A stretch of 64,000 bases of DNA from Phycisphaerae bacterium (GTDB lineage: Bacteria > Planctomycetota > Phycisphaerae > JAAYCJ01), in contig JBAZZQ010000003.1 of the NCBI GenBank assembly GCA_041658725.1, positions 22,903-86,902 of the forward strand, read 5' to 3'. The number at the start of each line of letters is the position of its first letter. Positions within the stretch are counted from its first letter, which is position 1. Positions 26,598-36,990 of this stretch are shown here, piece by piece. A model generated the notes under the pieces. It was given only the letters and a program-made list of their open reading frames with translations. It did not search any database and was not told where the DNA came from. A program made the position numbers and the translations under genes.

Positions 26598-28616
26598 ATG
26601 CCGGTCATCCCCGTGGTGGGGCGAAAATCGTTCGGAATGCGAATGCTCATCGGGGCGGTATACGCCCTGCTGGCCCTGGGGGCGGTGACCATGATTTATC
26701 CCTTTGGCTTGATGCTCGCGACCGCGACTACCGGGAACGCGGACTGGGAGCAGTTTCGAATGATCCCCAGATACTGGACCGATATGGCCGAACAATTCCG
26801 AAAGTACATCATCGATAAGAACACCCTCGATGTCCTGGCTTTCGACTTTGAGCAGGAGCACTGGTTTACAGTCCGGGACGTGGAGACTCGGGATTTTCGG
26901 GACCTGATGACGCGGCCCGCAAGGGTGTGCCACGCCATCGATGCCGATTATGCCGATTTCATGGCCGGGATCGATCCTGACTTAAAGCAACTTCATTTTG
27001 TTGACTACGGGGACCTTCAATACAGCGTGCTCTCCCTTCGCCCGGAATATTTCCGGTGGTTGACAGCCAAGTACGGGCAGATCGATCGACTGAATGTCTT
27101 GTATGACGACACGGCGGAAACGTGGGAGGATTTCGGACTGCCCCGAGGCTACAATGGGGCTTGGGAGGCCCGACCCCTCTCGGCCCGGAACCGGGATTGG
27201 CGTGAGTTTGTTGTGACCCGCCCGTACGCCAAACAGAGGCTGGTTTCCTTGGATTACCTGGTCTTTGCCGCCCTGCGGGCCGATTACAACAACGTGCAGG
27301 TCCTCAATAAGACGGTAGGAACCTCTTTTAAGCGGCTTTTGGATGTTCGATGGACGGTGCTTTCGAAATTTGAATGGGGCCGGGACCTCCAACGAAAGAT
27401 TCTCCGACGGGATATTCCCTTGGCGCAGATTCGCCTGAGAACGTTGGCCCGTCCCGCGTTCGAAACGTTTGGCCATCGCCTGTTTCCCGGAAAACGGGTT
27501 GCCTTTACGCCCAACGCTCCGCAGGACGAGGAAGCCCGCGGCATCTGGATGCACTTTGTCCGGTCGGACGACTGCAAGTTAGAGTTCATTGATCCTGTGG
27601 ACCCGGCGGTTCTCTGGCGGCAATTTCTGGAAAAACGTTATGGAAACGTGCGGGATATCAACACTGCTCACGGGACCGCCTATGTTGCGGCTGATCAGGT
27701 TCGCTTGCCTTCGACTGTGATTGATTGGGGCGCTTTCCGTAACAATCGGGTGGACATCGTCAAAAAATTCCTGCTCGGCAATTTTCAGATGGTGCTGAAT
27801 TTTGTGCTCCTCCATGGGCGGGCTCTCTTAAATACGCTGATTCTTATCCTGCTGACCCTTTGCGGGACGCTGACGATAAATCCCTTGGCCGCGTATGTCC
27901 TGAGCCGGTTCCGGCTGCGGTACGCTCATCATATCCTGGTCTTTCTCCTGGCCACGATGGCCTTTCCCGCCGAGGTCATCATGATCCCCGGCTTCTTGAT
28001 GGTAAAACAGTTCCCCCTGGGAATCCTGATCCTGGGCGGGGCGGCCGGATTGATGTTTTTCCTGGTTCGGTCGCTTCTGGGGATTCGTTTGCCGCTTTTT
28101 TGGAGCGTGCTGGTCGGAGGAATTCTTTCGCTGGCCGCGGGATGGTACCTGCCCCCGGTCGCGGCCCGGATGATGGGCCGGCCGGACCTGAACGTCAGCC
28201 TGATGAACACCTTCTGGGCCTTGGTCTTACCCGGCCTCGCCAGCGGCTACTCAATCTTTTTGTTGAAAGGGTTCTTCGACTCTCTGCCCCCCGAGCTCTA
28301 CGAGGCGGCCATGCTGGACGGGGCTTCCGAGACTCGAATGTTCCTGATGATTACCCTGCCCCTGTGCAAACCGGTCCTGGCCGTCATTGCCCTTGGGGCC
28401 TTCACGGCCGCCTACGGCTCGTTTATGTTCGCCTTCCTGACCTGCCAGGACCCCAAAATGTGGACGCTGATGGTCTTTTTGTACCAGTTTCAGCAACAGT
28501 ATTCGGTACCTTTGGTGATGGCCTCGCTGGTCGTCGCCGCCGTGCCTACCCTGCTGGTCTTTATTTTTGCCCAGAATATTATCCTGCGCGGAATTGTTAT
28601 TCCAACGTTTAAATAG
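26598..28616 (+). CDS. ABC sugar permease (MalG/UgpE-type) with ~370-aa extracytoplasmic insertion after TM1
   Basis: AGGAGA RBS 7 nt before the ATG at 26598. TM1 is followed by a long soluble segment, then a canonical permease core with the EAA motif YEAAMLDGASETRMFLMITLP. Confidence 0.8.
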   Translation: MPVIPVVGRKSFGMRMLIGAVYALLALGAVTMIYPFGLMLATATTGNADWEQFRMIPRYWTDMAEQFRKYIIDKNTLDVLAFDFEQEHWFTVRDVETRDFRDLMTRPARVCHAIDADYADFMAGIDPDLKQLHFVDYGDLQYSVLSLRPEYFRWLTAKYGQIDRLNVLYDDTAETWEDFGLPRGYNGAWEARPLSARNRDWREFVVTRPYAKQRLVSLDYLVFAALRADYNNVQVLNKTVGTSFKRLLDVRWTVLSKFEWGRDLQRKILRRDIPLAQIRLRTLARPAFETFGHRLFPGKRVAFTPNAPQDEEARGIWMHFVRSDDCKLEFIDPVDPAVLWRQFLEKRYGNVRDINTAHGTAYVAADQVRLPSTVIDWGAFRNNRVDIVKKFLLGNFQMVLNFVLLHGRALLNTLILILLTLCGTLTINPLAAYVLSRFRLRYAHHILVFLLATMAFPAEVIMIPGFLMVKQFPLGILILGGAAGLMFFLVRSLLGIRLPLFWSVLVGGILSLAAGWYLPPVAARMMGRPDLNVSLMNTFWALVLPGLASGYSIFLLKGFFDSLPPELYEAAMLDGASETRMFLMITLPLCKPVLAVIALGAFTAAYGSFMFAFLTCQDPKMWTLMVFLYQFQQQYSVPLVMASLVVAAVPTLLVFIFAQNIILRGIVIPTFK

Positions 28617-28628
28617 AGGTGTGTCATT

Positions 28629-30512
28629 ATGATAAACGCGACCGATTTTCAATTCAAAGGTGCCTGGTGGCATTCGCCGTCGATCCTGGAGCCCATGCCC
28701 GGACCGTGGGCTGGATATGAGATATTTGGCCTGGACGTGGTGGAGGCCTGGAAGCGAATCCTCGACTGGCACAAGAACCACGGCATGGACGGGATTATCA
28801 CGCAGATATCGTCGCATTTTAAGGACCGGACCCTCATGGGCTGGGGCTTTCAATACGTCCTGGACTTTGACCGCCATCCCGAGGCCCGGACGTTCGGCCT
28901 GGAATTTGTTCGACGCAATCGCCGGCGAATGGAGCAAATTCTGGAGCACGCCGATAAACTTGGGGTGAAAATGTACATCCACCATTACAATTTCATGGCC
29001 CCGAAAACCTTCGTAGAGGCCCACCCCGCGATTCACGCCAAGTGGAAGATCATCACCAACCAGGCCCTGAACGTCTACATGGCCAACAGCCGGGCGATAT
29101 GCGACCGGATCGGCACGCTTTACGGAAACCTATGCTGGCGGGAACCGGTGTACCAGGAGTTCATGAAGGATCTGTGGGATGAACTTTTTGCCAAGTTTCC
29201 CTCTCTGGCGGGCGTGCTGACCACTCCGGGCGAAAACCAGTATTGCCTGTGTCCCGATTGCACGCGGGGAGCGCGGTCGTATGAGGGAAGCGAGCTGCTG
29301 CGGGCTCGGAATGCAAACGCCAACGAATTCATCGGCCATTTCTGCGGCACGTTTCGGGAAGCCATGGCGAAAAATGGCAAGCAAGGGATATTCCGGCTTT
29401 GGGGCGTCAAACGCTCCGCCGACGAGCGGATCGACACCTCGATATACCCCCGCGATATTCCCTACATGATCAAATACCACTGGTTCGACAATGTCGATGC
29501 CGGCCCCGACCCCTTGATCGCCGATTGGATTGGCCGCGGGTTCCGGGTCTGGGTTTCGCACGATCTTTGGGGCGAGAACGCGGGGCCGGTAGCCTGGAAT
29601 CGTCCGGCGTACATCCGCCGGTTCGTAGACGAGTGCCGCCGGTTGGGTGTCGAGGGCATCGTCAGCCATCAGAACAACGACTGGGGCACTGCGGGCATTC
29701 CCGGTTGGGTCCAGGGGCTGAACCTCAAATCTTATTGCCGGTGCCTGGCCGGTTCGCCGGATTCGGATACGGATTGGATCGAGAAGGAATATCTTCGCAA
29801 ATTCGGTCCCGTCGGACCCCGTATCCAAGCCGCCATCGAGCAATACAGCGACTTCGTCTTCAATATCACCAAGCTCGTTATAATTGGAGGCGAGGGCTAT
29901 ACCTTTGGTTTACCGCACCCGCTGTATCCGGGGGTGGGTCGGATCGGTAATCGCGTGGATGACTGGGTGCGAGGCGACTTGGGTGAAATTGCTGACTACA
30001 TCGAATACGCACGAGCCCACGGCTGGCCGGACGACCTGTTTAGAACATTGTATATGGCAGATCGCGATCCCTTCCGGCGACTGGAGCGCATGCGGGACTC
30101 CGCCGCCCGAGCCGTCGAAGAGCTAGACAAGATCAAGGATGAGGCACCTTCGGAGTCGCTGGGAGAGTACGAGTGGATTACCACCAGCGCCCGCCTCTGC
30201 CTGCACCAGGCGCAGGAGTATTGGCATCTATGCCGGGTCGCCGTTTTACGCGCCGCATGGATCGGGGAAACCCGGCCCACCGTGCGAGGCGAGTTGGCAC
30301 AGCGGGTCTTGGAGGAAATGGAACAGGCCCTGGCTGCCGTGCATCGGATCCGCGAGGACCTCTTGGAGCTTCAAACCGCCTCAATGGACTTCGCCCGGAT
30401 TCTTCGTTGCCGATTTCCCATTGCCAACGATGGGGATCGCATGTTTTACCTGCCTTCGAGAGAAAACGAGTATGAGCAACTGAAACGGGAAATGAAGGGT
30501 AGCGATGTTTAA
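28629..30512 (+). CDS. hypothetical protein (putative carbohydrate-active enzyme by context)
   Basis: 627-aa ORF with an AGAGGTG RBS. No firm family motif recognised. Confidence 0.5.
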   Translation: MINATDFQFKGAWWHSPSILEPMPGPWAGYEIFGLDVVEAWKRILDWHKNHGMDGIITQISSHFKDRTLMGWGFQYVLDFDRHPEARTFGLEFVRRNRRRMEQILEHADKLGVKMYIHHYNFMAPKTFVEAHPAIHAKWKIITNQALNVYMANSRAICDRIGTLYGNLCWREPVYQEFMKDLWDELFAKFPSLAGVLTTPGENQYCLCPDCTRGARSYEGSELLRARNANANEFIGHFCGTFREAMAKNGKQGIFRLWGVKRSADERIDTSIYPRDIPYMIKYHWFDNVDAGPDPLIADWIGRGFRVWVSHDLWGENAGPVAWNRPAYIRRFVDECRRLGVEGIVSHQNNDWGTAGIPGWVQGLNLKSYCRCLAGSPDSDTDWIEKEYLRKFGPVGPRIQAAIEQYSDFVFNITKLVIIGGEGYTFGLPHPLYPGVGRIGNRVDDWVRGDLGEIADYIEYARAHGWPDDLFRTLYMADRDPFRRLERMRDSAARAVEELDKIKDEAPSESLGEYEWITTSARLCLHQAQEYWHLCRVAVLRAAWIGETRPTVRGELAQRVLEEMEQALAAVHRIREDLLELQTASMDFARILRCRFPIANDGDRMFYLPSRENEYEQLKREMKGSDV

Positions 30513-30527
30513 GCCGAAAGGAGTTCT

Positions 30528-32000
30528 ATGGATAATCTGAGGCCGCAAATGTCACGGTTGCCCCAGGTGATATGCGAAAAACATCCGGAATGGGTGACCC
30601 TTTTCAATACGGCATGGCGAATGGGTTTTGAGAACCTGGAATATCCGGCTCAGCCGGGATGGAAGCCGCAGCTCACCTGCATGCCCGGCCGTGGGTGCCT
30701 CTGGCAGTGGGATTCGTGCTTCATGACCCTCTTTGCCCGCTATTCCAATGGGCAGCTTCCTGGGATGAACAACCTCGACAACCTCTACCGGTTGCAGCGG
30801 GACGATGGCTTTATGGCCATGGCCTATGAAATGGACTCGGGCCGACCGGCCTACGGTGAGCGGATCAACCCGCCGCTCTTTGCCTGGGCCGAGTGGGAAT
30901 ACTTTCGCGTAACGGGCGATGCCTCGCGCTTTGAGTCGGTGCTGCCACGCCTCGTGCGGTATTTCGACTGGATCAAGACAAACCGTACCCGTGCCAGTGG
31001 CCTGTACTGGTTCGAGGACAGCGGATCGAGCGGGATGGACAACTCGCCGCGCAGCGGGTGGTTGTCCGAAAAGTTGAACGGCAGCGATGTCTGCTTTATT
31101 GATTTGGCCTGCCAGCAAGCCTTGAGTGCGACGTATATTCAAAAAATAGCCCAATACATGGATCAAGCAGGGTTGGTGGATCGGTTTGGCCAGGAGCATG
31201 ATGCCTTGCGCCAATTGATCAATGGCTACCACTGGAGCGAGAAGGTGGGCCTGTATTTCGATCTGTTCAGCCGCGACTGGAAGGACGCACGGCACAATTT
31301 CCTCAACCACAAGACGCTGGCATCGTTTTGGCCTCTGATCAGCAAGGTGGCCAATGAAGGGCAGGTCGGCCGGTTAATGGAGCATCTGGTGAACCCCAAT
31401 GAGTTCTGGACTCCGCATCCCTTGCCGACGCTGTCGAAGGACGATCCAAATTACGACCCACTGGGCGGCTATTGGCTGGGGGGTGTATGGGCTCCGACCA
31501 ATTACATGGTTGCCGCGGGTTTGAAGAAGTTTCAGAAGCACGACTTGGCCCGGGAGATTGCCGTTCGCCACTTAAACGCCATGGTCGAGGTGATGCGAAG
31601 CGAAACCTATGACAGCATCTGGGAGTGCTATTCTCCCGAGTACCCGCGGCCGGGAACCGACGGGTACGGGCACGGAGCGCTGGTTCGTTCAGATTTTGTG
31701 GGATGGACCGGGCTTGGACCAATCGCGATGCTGATTGAGCACATCTTCGGATTTGATTTCGACGCCAAAGAAAACCGTATTACCTGGGTGATCGGAACGG
31801 AAGGCGTCCACGGTGTGGAAAATCTGACGTTTAATCATAAAACACTTTCCTGCCTTTGCCATGGTAAAAACCCGTCGACCGGCAAGGTCCGCATTTGCGT
31901 GGAATCCTCAGGCGATATAAAACTCGTTTTGATGATCCTTGGCAAGTGCATTCAACACTCATTTTCCCTGAAGTCGGGAAAACATGATTTAGTTTTTTAA
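30528..32000 (+). CDS. (alpha/alpha)6-barrel glycoside hydrolase, GH63/GH37-like
   Basis: Motifs WQWDSCF and GGYWLGGVWAPTNYMVAAGL are typical of six-hairpin glycosidases (glucosidase I, trehalase-like). AAGGAG RBS. Confidence 0.5.
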   Translation: MDNLRPQMSRLPQVICEKHPEWVTLFNTAWRMGFENLEYPAQPGWKPQLTCMPGRGCLWQWDSCFMTLFARYSNGQLPGMNNLDNLYRLQRDDGFMAMAYEMDSGRPAYGERINPPLFAWAEWEYFRVTGDASRFESVLPRLVRYFDWIKTNRTRASGLYWFEDSGSSGMDNSPRSGWLSEKLNGSDVCFIDLACQQALSATYIQKIAQYMDQAGLVDRFGQEHDALRQLINGYHWSEKVGLYFDLFSRDWKDARHNFLNHKTLASFWPLISKVANEGQVGRLMEHLVNPNEFWTPHPLPTLSKDDPNYDPLGGYWLGGVWAPTNYMVAAGLKKFQKHDLAREIAVRHLNAMVEVMRSETYDSIWECYSPEYPRPGTDGYGHGALVRSDFVGWTGLGPIAMLIEHIFGFDFDAKENRITWVIGTEGVHGVENLTFNHKTLSCLCHGKNPSTGKVRICVESSGDIKLVLMILGKCIQHSFSLKSGKHDLVF

Positions 32001-32016
32001 ATTTGGAGAAAAACAA

Positions 32017-33096
32017 ATGACACATGGATTAGCGTTGATTGGATGTGGGCACATGGCCAGAATCCACTGCGACCAGGTTTCCCGGCTGGATAATCTCCGC
32101 ATGGTGTGCGCGATCGATCTGGACCTAGATCGCGCCCGACAGTTTCAAACCAATTATGGATTTGAGCGGGTGACCAGTGATTACCGCACTGAACTGGCCA
32201 AGAAGGACTTCGACATCGTCCTGGTCTGTTCCTACTGGCAAAATCGGTTCGAGATTATCCGCGACTGCTTTGCGGCCGGCAAGCACGTTCTGGCGGAAAA
32301 GCCCTTGAGCCTGTATCTGGATGAAATCGATACCCTGACCACGACGGCCAAAGCCCAAGGCCTCAAGCTTCGCGTGGGATTCATGGAACGTTTCCGCCCC
32401 ATGATCCACAAGATTTCCGAGCTGCTAAAGTCGGGTGCGATCGGCAAACCCCTCGTCTACAGTTTCGTGCACCACCAGGCCCCCCGAGCCAGTGGTTTGA
32501 AGAGCGGCTGGGATTACTACAAACGGTTAATGTGCGGAGGGGTCACCCCGAACGTCGACTGCGGGATCCACAAATGCGATATGACTCGCCTGTGGGCCGG
32601 ATGCGAAGCGGTCAGTGTATTTTCCGCAGGACAAAAGCTGGCTCCCGATTCTCCTGCCAATAACTTCAGCCATTCGGTCTACACCCTGGCCGACGGTTCG
32701 ATCTTGACACTCGAAGACTGCTTTTCCAACAACACCGAACCCTTCATCCACATGACGATCCTCGGCGACCGCGGCCGAATCGAATTTGAATACGCCGGCA
32801 ACCACCTCCGTGCCACCCCCACCTCCGAAGAAGACTGCATTCGTGTCTGGCACGGCGACACCGGCTGTACGGAAACGTTTCATACCCCATTACGGCAAAA
32901 ACCGGTCGGGCCCCAGATGGAAGAATTCATCCGCGAGATCGAGGCGAACGCGGATATGGAATGGCATTACCAGAACGTCCGCCAGGCGACGGAGATGGTC
33001 ATCGGATCGGTCTTGTCCGAGCAACAGGAGAACCTTGTTCGTTTTCCCCTGTCGCCGGAGGACTTGAAGGCGGCCAAAATGTTCTTAACAAAATAG
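32017..33096 (+). CDS. Gfo/Idh/MocA family NAD(P)-dependent oxidoreductase
   Basis: N-terminal Rossmann motif LALIGCGHMARIH and the EKPLSL motif. Confidence 0.85.
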   Translation: MTHGLALIGCGHMARIHCDQVSRLDNLRMVCAIDLDLDRARQFQTNYGFERVTSDYRTELAKKDFDIVLVCSYWQNRFEIIRDCFAAGKHVLAEKPLSLYLDEIDTLTTTAKAQGLKLRVGFMERFRPMIHKISELLKSGAIGKPLVYSFVHHQAPRASGLKSGWDYYKRLMCGGVTPNVDCGIHKCDMTRLWAGCEAVSVFSAGQKLAPDSPANNFSHSVYTLADGSILTLEDCFSNNTEPFIHMTILGDRGRIEFEYAGNHLRATPTSEEDCIRVWHGDTGCTETFHTPLRQKPVGPQMEEFIREIEANADMEWHYQNVRQATEMVIGSVLSEQQENLVRFPLSPEDLKAAKMFLTK

Positions 33097-33131
33097 GAGG
33101 CCTGCGGACATTAAAAGAAGAAGGTATTTCT

Positions 33132-34079
33132 GTGAAACTTCAAAATTATGAAATCGAGTCCCTGCGGATTCGGCGTGAGTTCCGTGCGATCAAAGCAAAA
33201 TCACCTGAAAAGTTCGAGCGGCGACTGAACCTTTCCTGGAGCAATTGGGGTTTTGGTCGCGAATTTCTTGCCACATCTGCCCAGCGCTTGCAAAACAACA
33301 ATATTCGGTACGTAGAACTACAGGGAAATCATTACGGTGCTGATCTTGGATACCCAGTAAAAGATACGCTTGCAGTCTTGTCGGATCACAACCTGCAGGT
33401 GGCGGGTATATGCGGAATGTTTTCGGCGGAAACCGACTTATCAAGCCCCAGCGGCGTGGTACGCCAACGGGCAGTTGACTACTTGAAGCGCACCTTGGAG
33501 TTCGCCTCCAGTGTGAAAGCTGGATATGTCCTGGTCGTTCCCGGGGCGGTAGGACGGCCTCAACCGTACGACGAAAGTGAGCTTGAGCGTTCCGCGGAAA
33601 CTCTCCGACTGGTTGCGGATTACTTTGTGCGGCATAAAGTATTTGTCGCCGTGGAACCTATCCGATCGGCCGAGGTCAGTTTTTGCCACACCATTGCCGA
33701 TGCTCATCGGTATATCGCCGCCGTGGACCACCCCGGTGTGCAACATATCAACGCAGATGTTTACCACATGCAGACTGAGGAAAGCCATATCGGATCAGCC
33801 ATCTTGCGGGCTGGTGAGCAGTTGATCAACTTGCATCTTGCTGACTCCAACCGCGGTGCTTTGGGCGATGGCTCACTGGACATTGACACCATAATTATGG
33901 CACTTTACCTTATTGGGTATAACCGTCCTGGTTGTTATATAACACCGGAACCGTTGGGACCTGGGGGTGATCCTTATCCATCCATGCATGGCAGGCACGA
34001 TCCGGTTGCTCTGGATCGATTGGTACATCAAACGGTCCGTTACTTTCGGGAACGTGAAGAGGAGGTTCTTTTCCTGTGA
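33132..34079 (+). CDS. Sugar phosphate isomerase/epimerase (xylose isomerase-like TIM barrel)
   Basis: HLADSNRGALGDGSLDID metal-binding motif. No ATG follows the upstream stop, so the start is inferred as GTG at 33132; the longer ORF from 32961 overlaps the oxidoreductase gene. Confidence 0.7.
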   Translation: MKLQNYEIESLRIRREFRAIKAKSPEKFERRLNLSWSNWGFGREFLATSAQRLQNNNIRYVELQGNHYGADLGYPVKDTLAVLSDHNLQVAGICGMFSAETDLSSPSGVVRQRAVDYLKRTLEFASSVKAGYVLVVPGAVGRPQPYDESELERSAETLRLVADYFVRHKVFVAVEPIRSAEVSFCHTIADAHRYIAAVDHPGVQHINADVYHMQTEESHIGSAILRAGEQLINLHLADSNRGALGDGSLDIDTIIMALYLIGYNRPGCYITPEPLGPGGDPYPSMHGRHDPVALDRLVHQTVRYFREREEEVLFL

Positions 34080-34258
34080 CCGCGACAGCCTTCCACCGTG
34101 GACCTTCTTGCCATTCTGGTGCCGGAACACTCCATATGGGTTGTAAGGGTTGACTGGAGGGGTTGGAAAATACGCGGCTTGCAAAGTTTTACCGAAGGTT
34201 AAAATCTCAAAAAGGCAAATGGCCTTAAAATGTTTAAGAGAATACGAAAGGAGCATCC

Positions 34259-35386
34259 GTGGCGCAGGTATTATTGGAAAAAGTGTCGAAGGTTTATCCC
34301 GGCGGCATCAAGGCCGTGCGGGACGTGGACCTGTCGATTCAGGATTCGGAATTCGTGGTTCTGGTCGGGCCTTCCGGCTGCGGCAAGACCACGACGCTGC
34401 GAATGATTGCGGGCCTGGAAGAAATCTCCGGCGGGTCGATCAAGATCGGCGATCATGTGGTCAATGACGTGCCGCCGAAGGATCGCGACATCGCGATGGT
34501 GTTTCAGAATTACGCGCTGTACCCGCACATGACGGTGTACAAGAACATGGCCTTTGGCCTCAAGCTCCGGCGAATGCCCAAGGACCAGATTCACGAGCGG
34601 GTGATGGGCGCAGCGAAGATTCTGGGCATCGATCAGCTTCTGGACCGCAAGCCCAAGGCACTCTCGGGCGGGCAGCGCCAGCGGGTGGCCGTCGGCCGGG
34701 CAATCGTGCGTCAGCCGAAGGCGTTTCTGTTCGACGAGCCCCTCAGCAACCTGGACGCCAAGATGCGGGTGGAGACGCGGGCGGAACTTAAAAAACTGCA
34801 CCGGCGACTCAAGACCACGACGGTATATGTCACCCACGATCAGGAAGAGGCGATGACGCTGGGCGACCGGGTGGTGGTGATGAAGGACGGCGAGATTCAG
34901 CAGGTGGAGCATCCGCTGAAGATTTACGACCGACCGGTGAACCGATTTGTGGCGGGCTTTTTAGGAACACCGCCGATGAACTTTTTCACCGGGATGATCC
35001 GGTACCGCAACGACGGCGTGTATTTTGAGTACGGCAGCGACTCGATCCGGCTGGCGGATCGCTGGAAGGATCGATTGAGCAAGTATAAAGATATGGAAAT
35101 GGTATTGGGCGTACGGCCCGAAAATTTCAGTCCGCAGTCCGAAGGCAAGGTGGCCGGCAGGGATAATGCGATGAAGATGAAGATTGAAGTGGTGGAACCG
35201 CTGGGCGACAAGATGGACGTGTACATGGCGATGAAGGCGCATCCGCATATCGTTTGCCGCGTGGATTCGCACGCGGGATTGAAGGAAGGTCAGGAAGTCA
35301 CCTTAGCCATCGATATTCAGCAGGTCCACGTCTTCGAGCCCGGAGAAAAAGGAATTAATGTAACACAAGAACTAAACAACATGTAA
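34259..35386 (+). CDS. ABC transporter ATP-binding protein, MalK/MsmK/UgpC-type (sugar import ATPase)
   Basis: Walker [13 protein letters not shown] signature [15 protein letters not shown], and a C-terminal MalK-like regulatory domain. GTG start with an AAGGAG RBS. Confidence 0.9.
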   Translation: MAQVLLEKVSKVYPGGIKAVRDVDLSIQDSEFVVLVGPSGCGKTTTLRMIAGLEEISGGSIKIGDHVVNDVPPKDRDIAMVFQNYALYPHMTVYKNMAFGLKLRRMPKDQIHERVMGAAKILGIDQLLDRKPKALSGGQRQRVAVGRAIVRQPKAFLFDEPLSNLDAKMRVETRAELKKLHRRLKTTTVYVTHDQEEAMTLGDRVVVMKDGEIQQVEHPLKIYDRPVNRFVAGFLGTPPMNFFTGMIRYRNDGVYFEYGSDSIRLADRWKDRLSKYKDMEMVLGVRPENFSPQSEGKVAGRDNAMKMKIEVVEPLGDKMDVYMAMKAHPHIVCRVDSHAGLKEGQEVTLAIDIQQVHVFEPGEKGINVTQELNNM

Positions 35387-36286
35387 TTGGGGATAACTAC
35401 AGCACTCACAAACACCCTTTGCGATCAATTGGCTGCTGTGCCGTAAAATCTTTCGGACTGATGTTTTTAATTTTCGATCTTCCCCGCCAGTTGATGCAGA
35501 CCGTTCTCGAACCAGCTCGATGGCATGAGGAATGGGACGTGGATATAAAGGTAATAGTGTGCTGTAAATCAAATTCACGAATTGGGGCTTAGAAAGTATT
35601 CACTCAATCACCAAGGGAGATTGTTTTCTGTGACATCCGTCTTCGGAGCATGAGTCTGGAAGGAATCTGTTCTTTACCTAATGTCGATTGATTTTGTGGC
35701 CTGCCATGTCAGGAGTGCTGGTTTGAAAAGCTTTCGCTCTTGTGCAAGTTTGATTGCCGAAAGCTTTAACAGACCAAACCCAGCAAGTGTTGAGGGGTCC
35801 GGACCAAGATATCATCTGCGATTCGAAGGGCCATAGCTTTACTGTGCTGGCCGGTGAGGTTTTTTTCGGCCAGGACGCCGGCGAAAAGTCTTCGGACCAG
35901 AATTGCCTTGGCGTAGGTCTATTCGGCACAATAAGCGTCGGAAAAAAAGCCGATTTGTTTGTTCATTGATATCATGTCCAGCCGTTCGTGCATCGTCGGC
36001 TGGATAAAGGTGGGGAAAAAGCTGTGCCACCAGTAGCCGGCGAGGGAAAAATCCGAGTAAATAACTCTTGCCCTAACGATCAATGTCCGGCAAAATGGAG
36101 ACAAAGATTATTTGGGGTTTTTCGGTTGGCCAGTAATGATGTAAAAATGGGTTCCGGTTATCCTATCGTGTGCGTGCTTCCGATAATGGCTCAATGGGTA
36201 GAAAACTGGTTAGTTGGAAGCATACTCTCGAACAAAAATGGGCTACGATGCGTTTTGGCGAAATAAAGGTTGAAACCAACGGATAG

Positions 36287-36559
36287 CAGCATATAGTTGA
36301 AGTTAAGGTCTACCTAAACGATATCGACCCGAATGCGGTTCGAGTGGAGCTTTTTGCGGATGGGATGAATGGCGGTAGTCCGGTACGGCAGGAGATGAAG
36401 CGAGGCGGACAACTGGTGGGCGCGGTCAGAGGTTACATCTACAGCGTAACGGTATCGGCGATCCGGCCTGCGACAGACTATACGGCGAGGGTGATACCGA
36501 CCTACGATAGTGTTGCGGTTCCTCTGGAAGCCGCTCAAATACTGTGGCAGCCCCGGTAA
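36287..36559 (+). pseudogene. Gene fragment resembling the C-terminus of an alpha-glucan phosphorylase (low confidence)
   Basis: A short ORF, VEVKVYLNDIDPNAVRVELFADG..., with no plausible N-terminus, sitting in a low-coding-density patch. Confidence 0.2.
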
Positions 36560-36617
36560 CTTGACTCGTAAACCTATCAACGAGGCCAAAACGATACAGC
36601 ATACGGCAAAGGCATAA

Positions 36618-36914
36618 ATGGAAATTTCAAAGAATACACTGAACGCATCTCAACACCCAGGTAACCACTCTGGCGGAAACGGTGCGCATTATTCGGTTCA
36701 ACTGTTGGAAAAGGCGCGTGCCGACACCGATATCCTCACGTCCGTGATCATCGTCGCAGTCGGCGCCTGGCTGACAATTTCACCCCTGGCGAAAACGCTC
36801 GGGTTTGTCTCACTCCCTCCGCTGTACTGGCTGTTTCTGGCCATCATGCTGCTGGGCTATGCGATTCTGACCCAGGGGGTGAAGATTTGGTTTATTCGCA
36901 GGTTTGGCGAGTGA
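36618..36914 (+). pseudogene. P-type cation ATPase C-terminal fragment
   Basis: LPPLYWLFLAIMLLGYAILTQGVKIWFIRRFGE* matches the last TM helix and basic tail of P-type ATPases. The other ~800 aa are absent. Confidence 0.4.
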
Positions 36915-36990
36915 TGGCAGAGGCTTGCTCTGGCTGCCAGGCTAAAGGTGGAACGGCCGAACAGACCAAGGTCTGAATAAGAAAGGCGAG

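Noticed and set aside
32961-33131. Long N-terminal extension of the sugar isomerase/epimerase ORF
   Set aside because: It overlaps the 3' end of the oxidoreductase gene by 136 nt, and no ATG follows the upstream stop. A GTG at 33132 just downstream of that stop is the more plausible start, though it remains uncertain.
36294-36560. Confident call of the short frame as a glgP fragment
   Set aside because: The similarity is recalled only from a short C-terminal motif. It is kept as a low-confidence pseudogene feature rather than a finding of its own.
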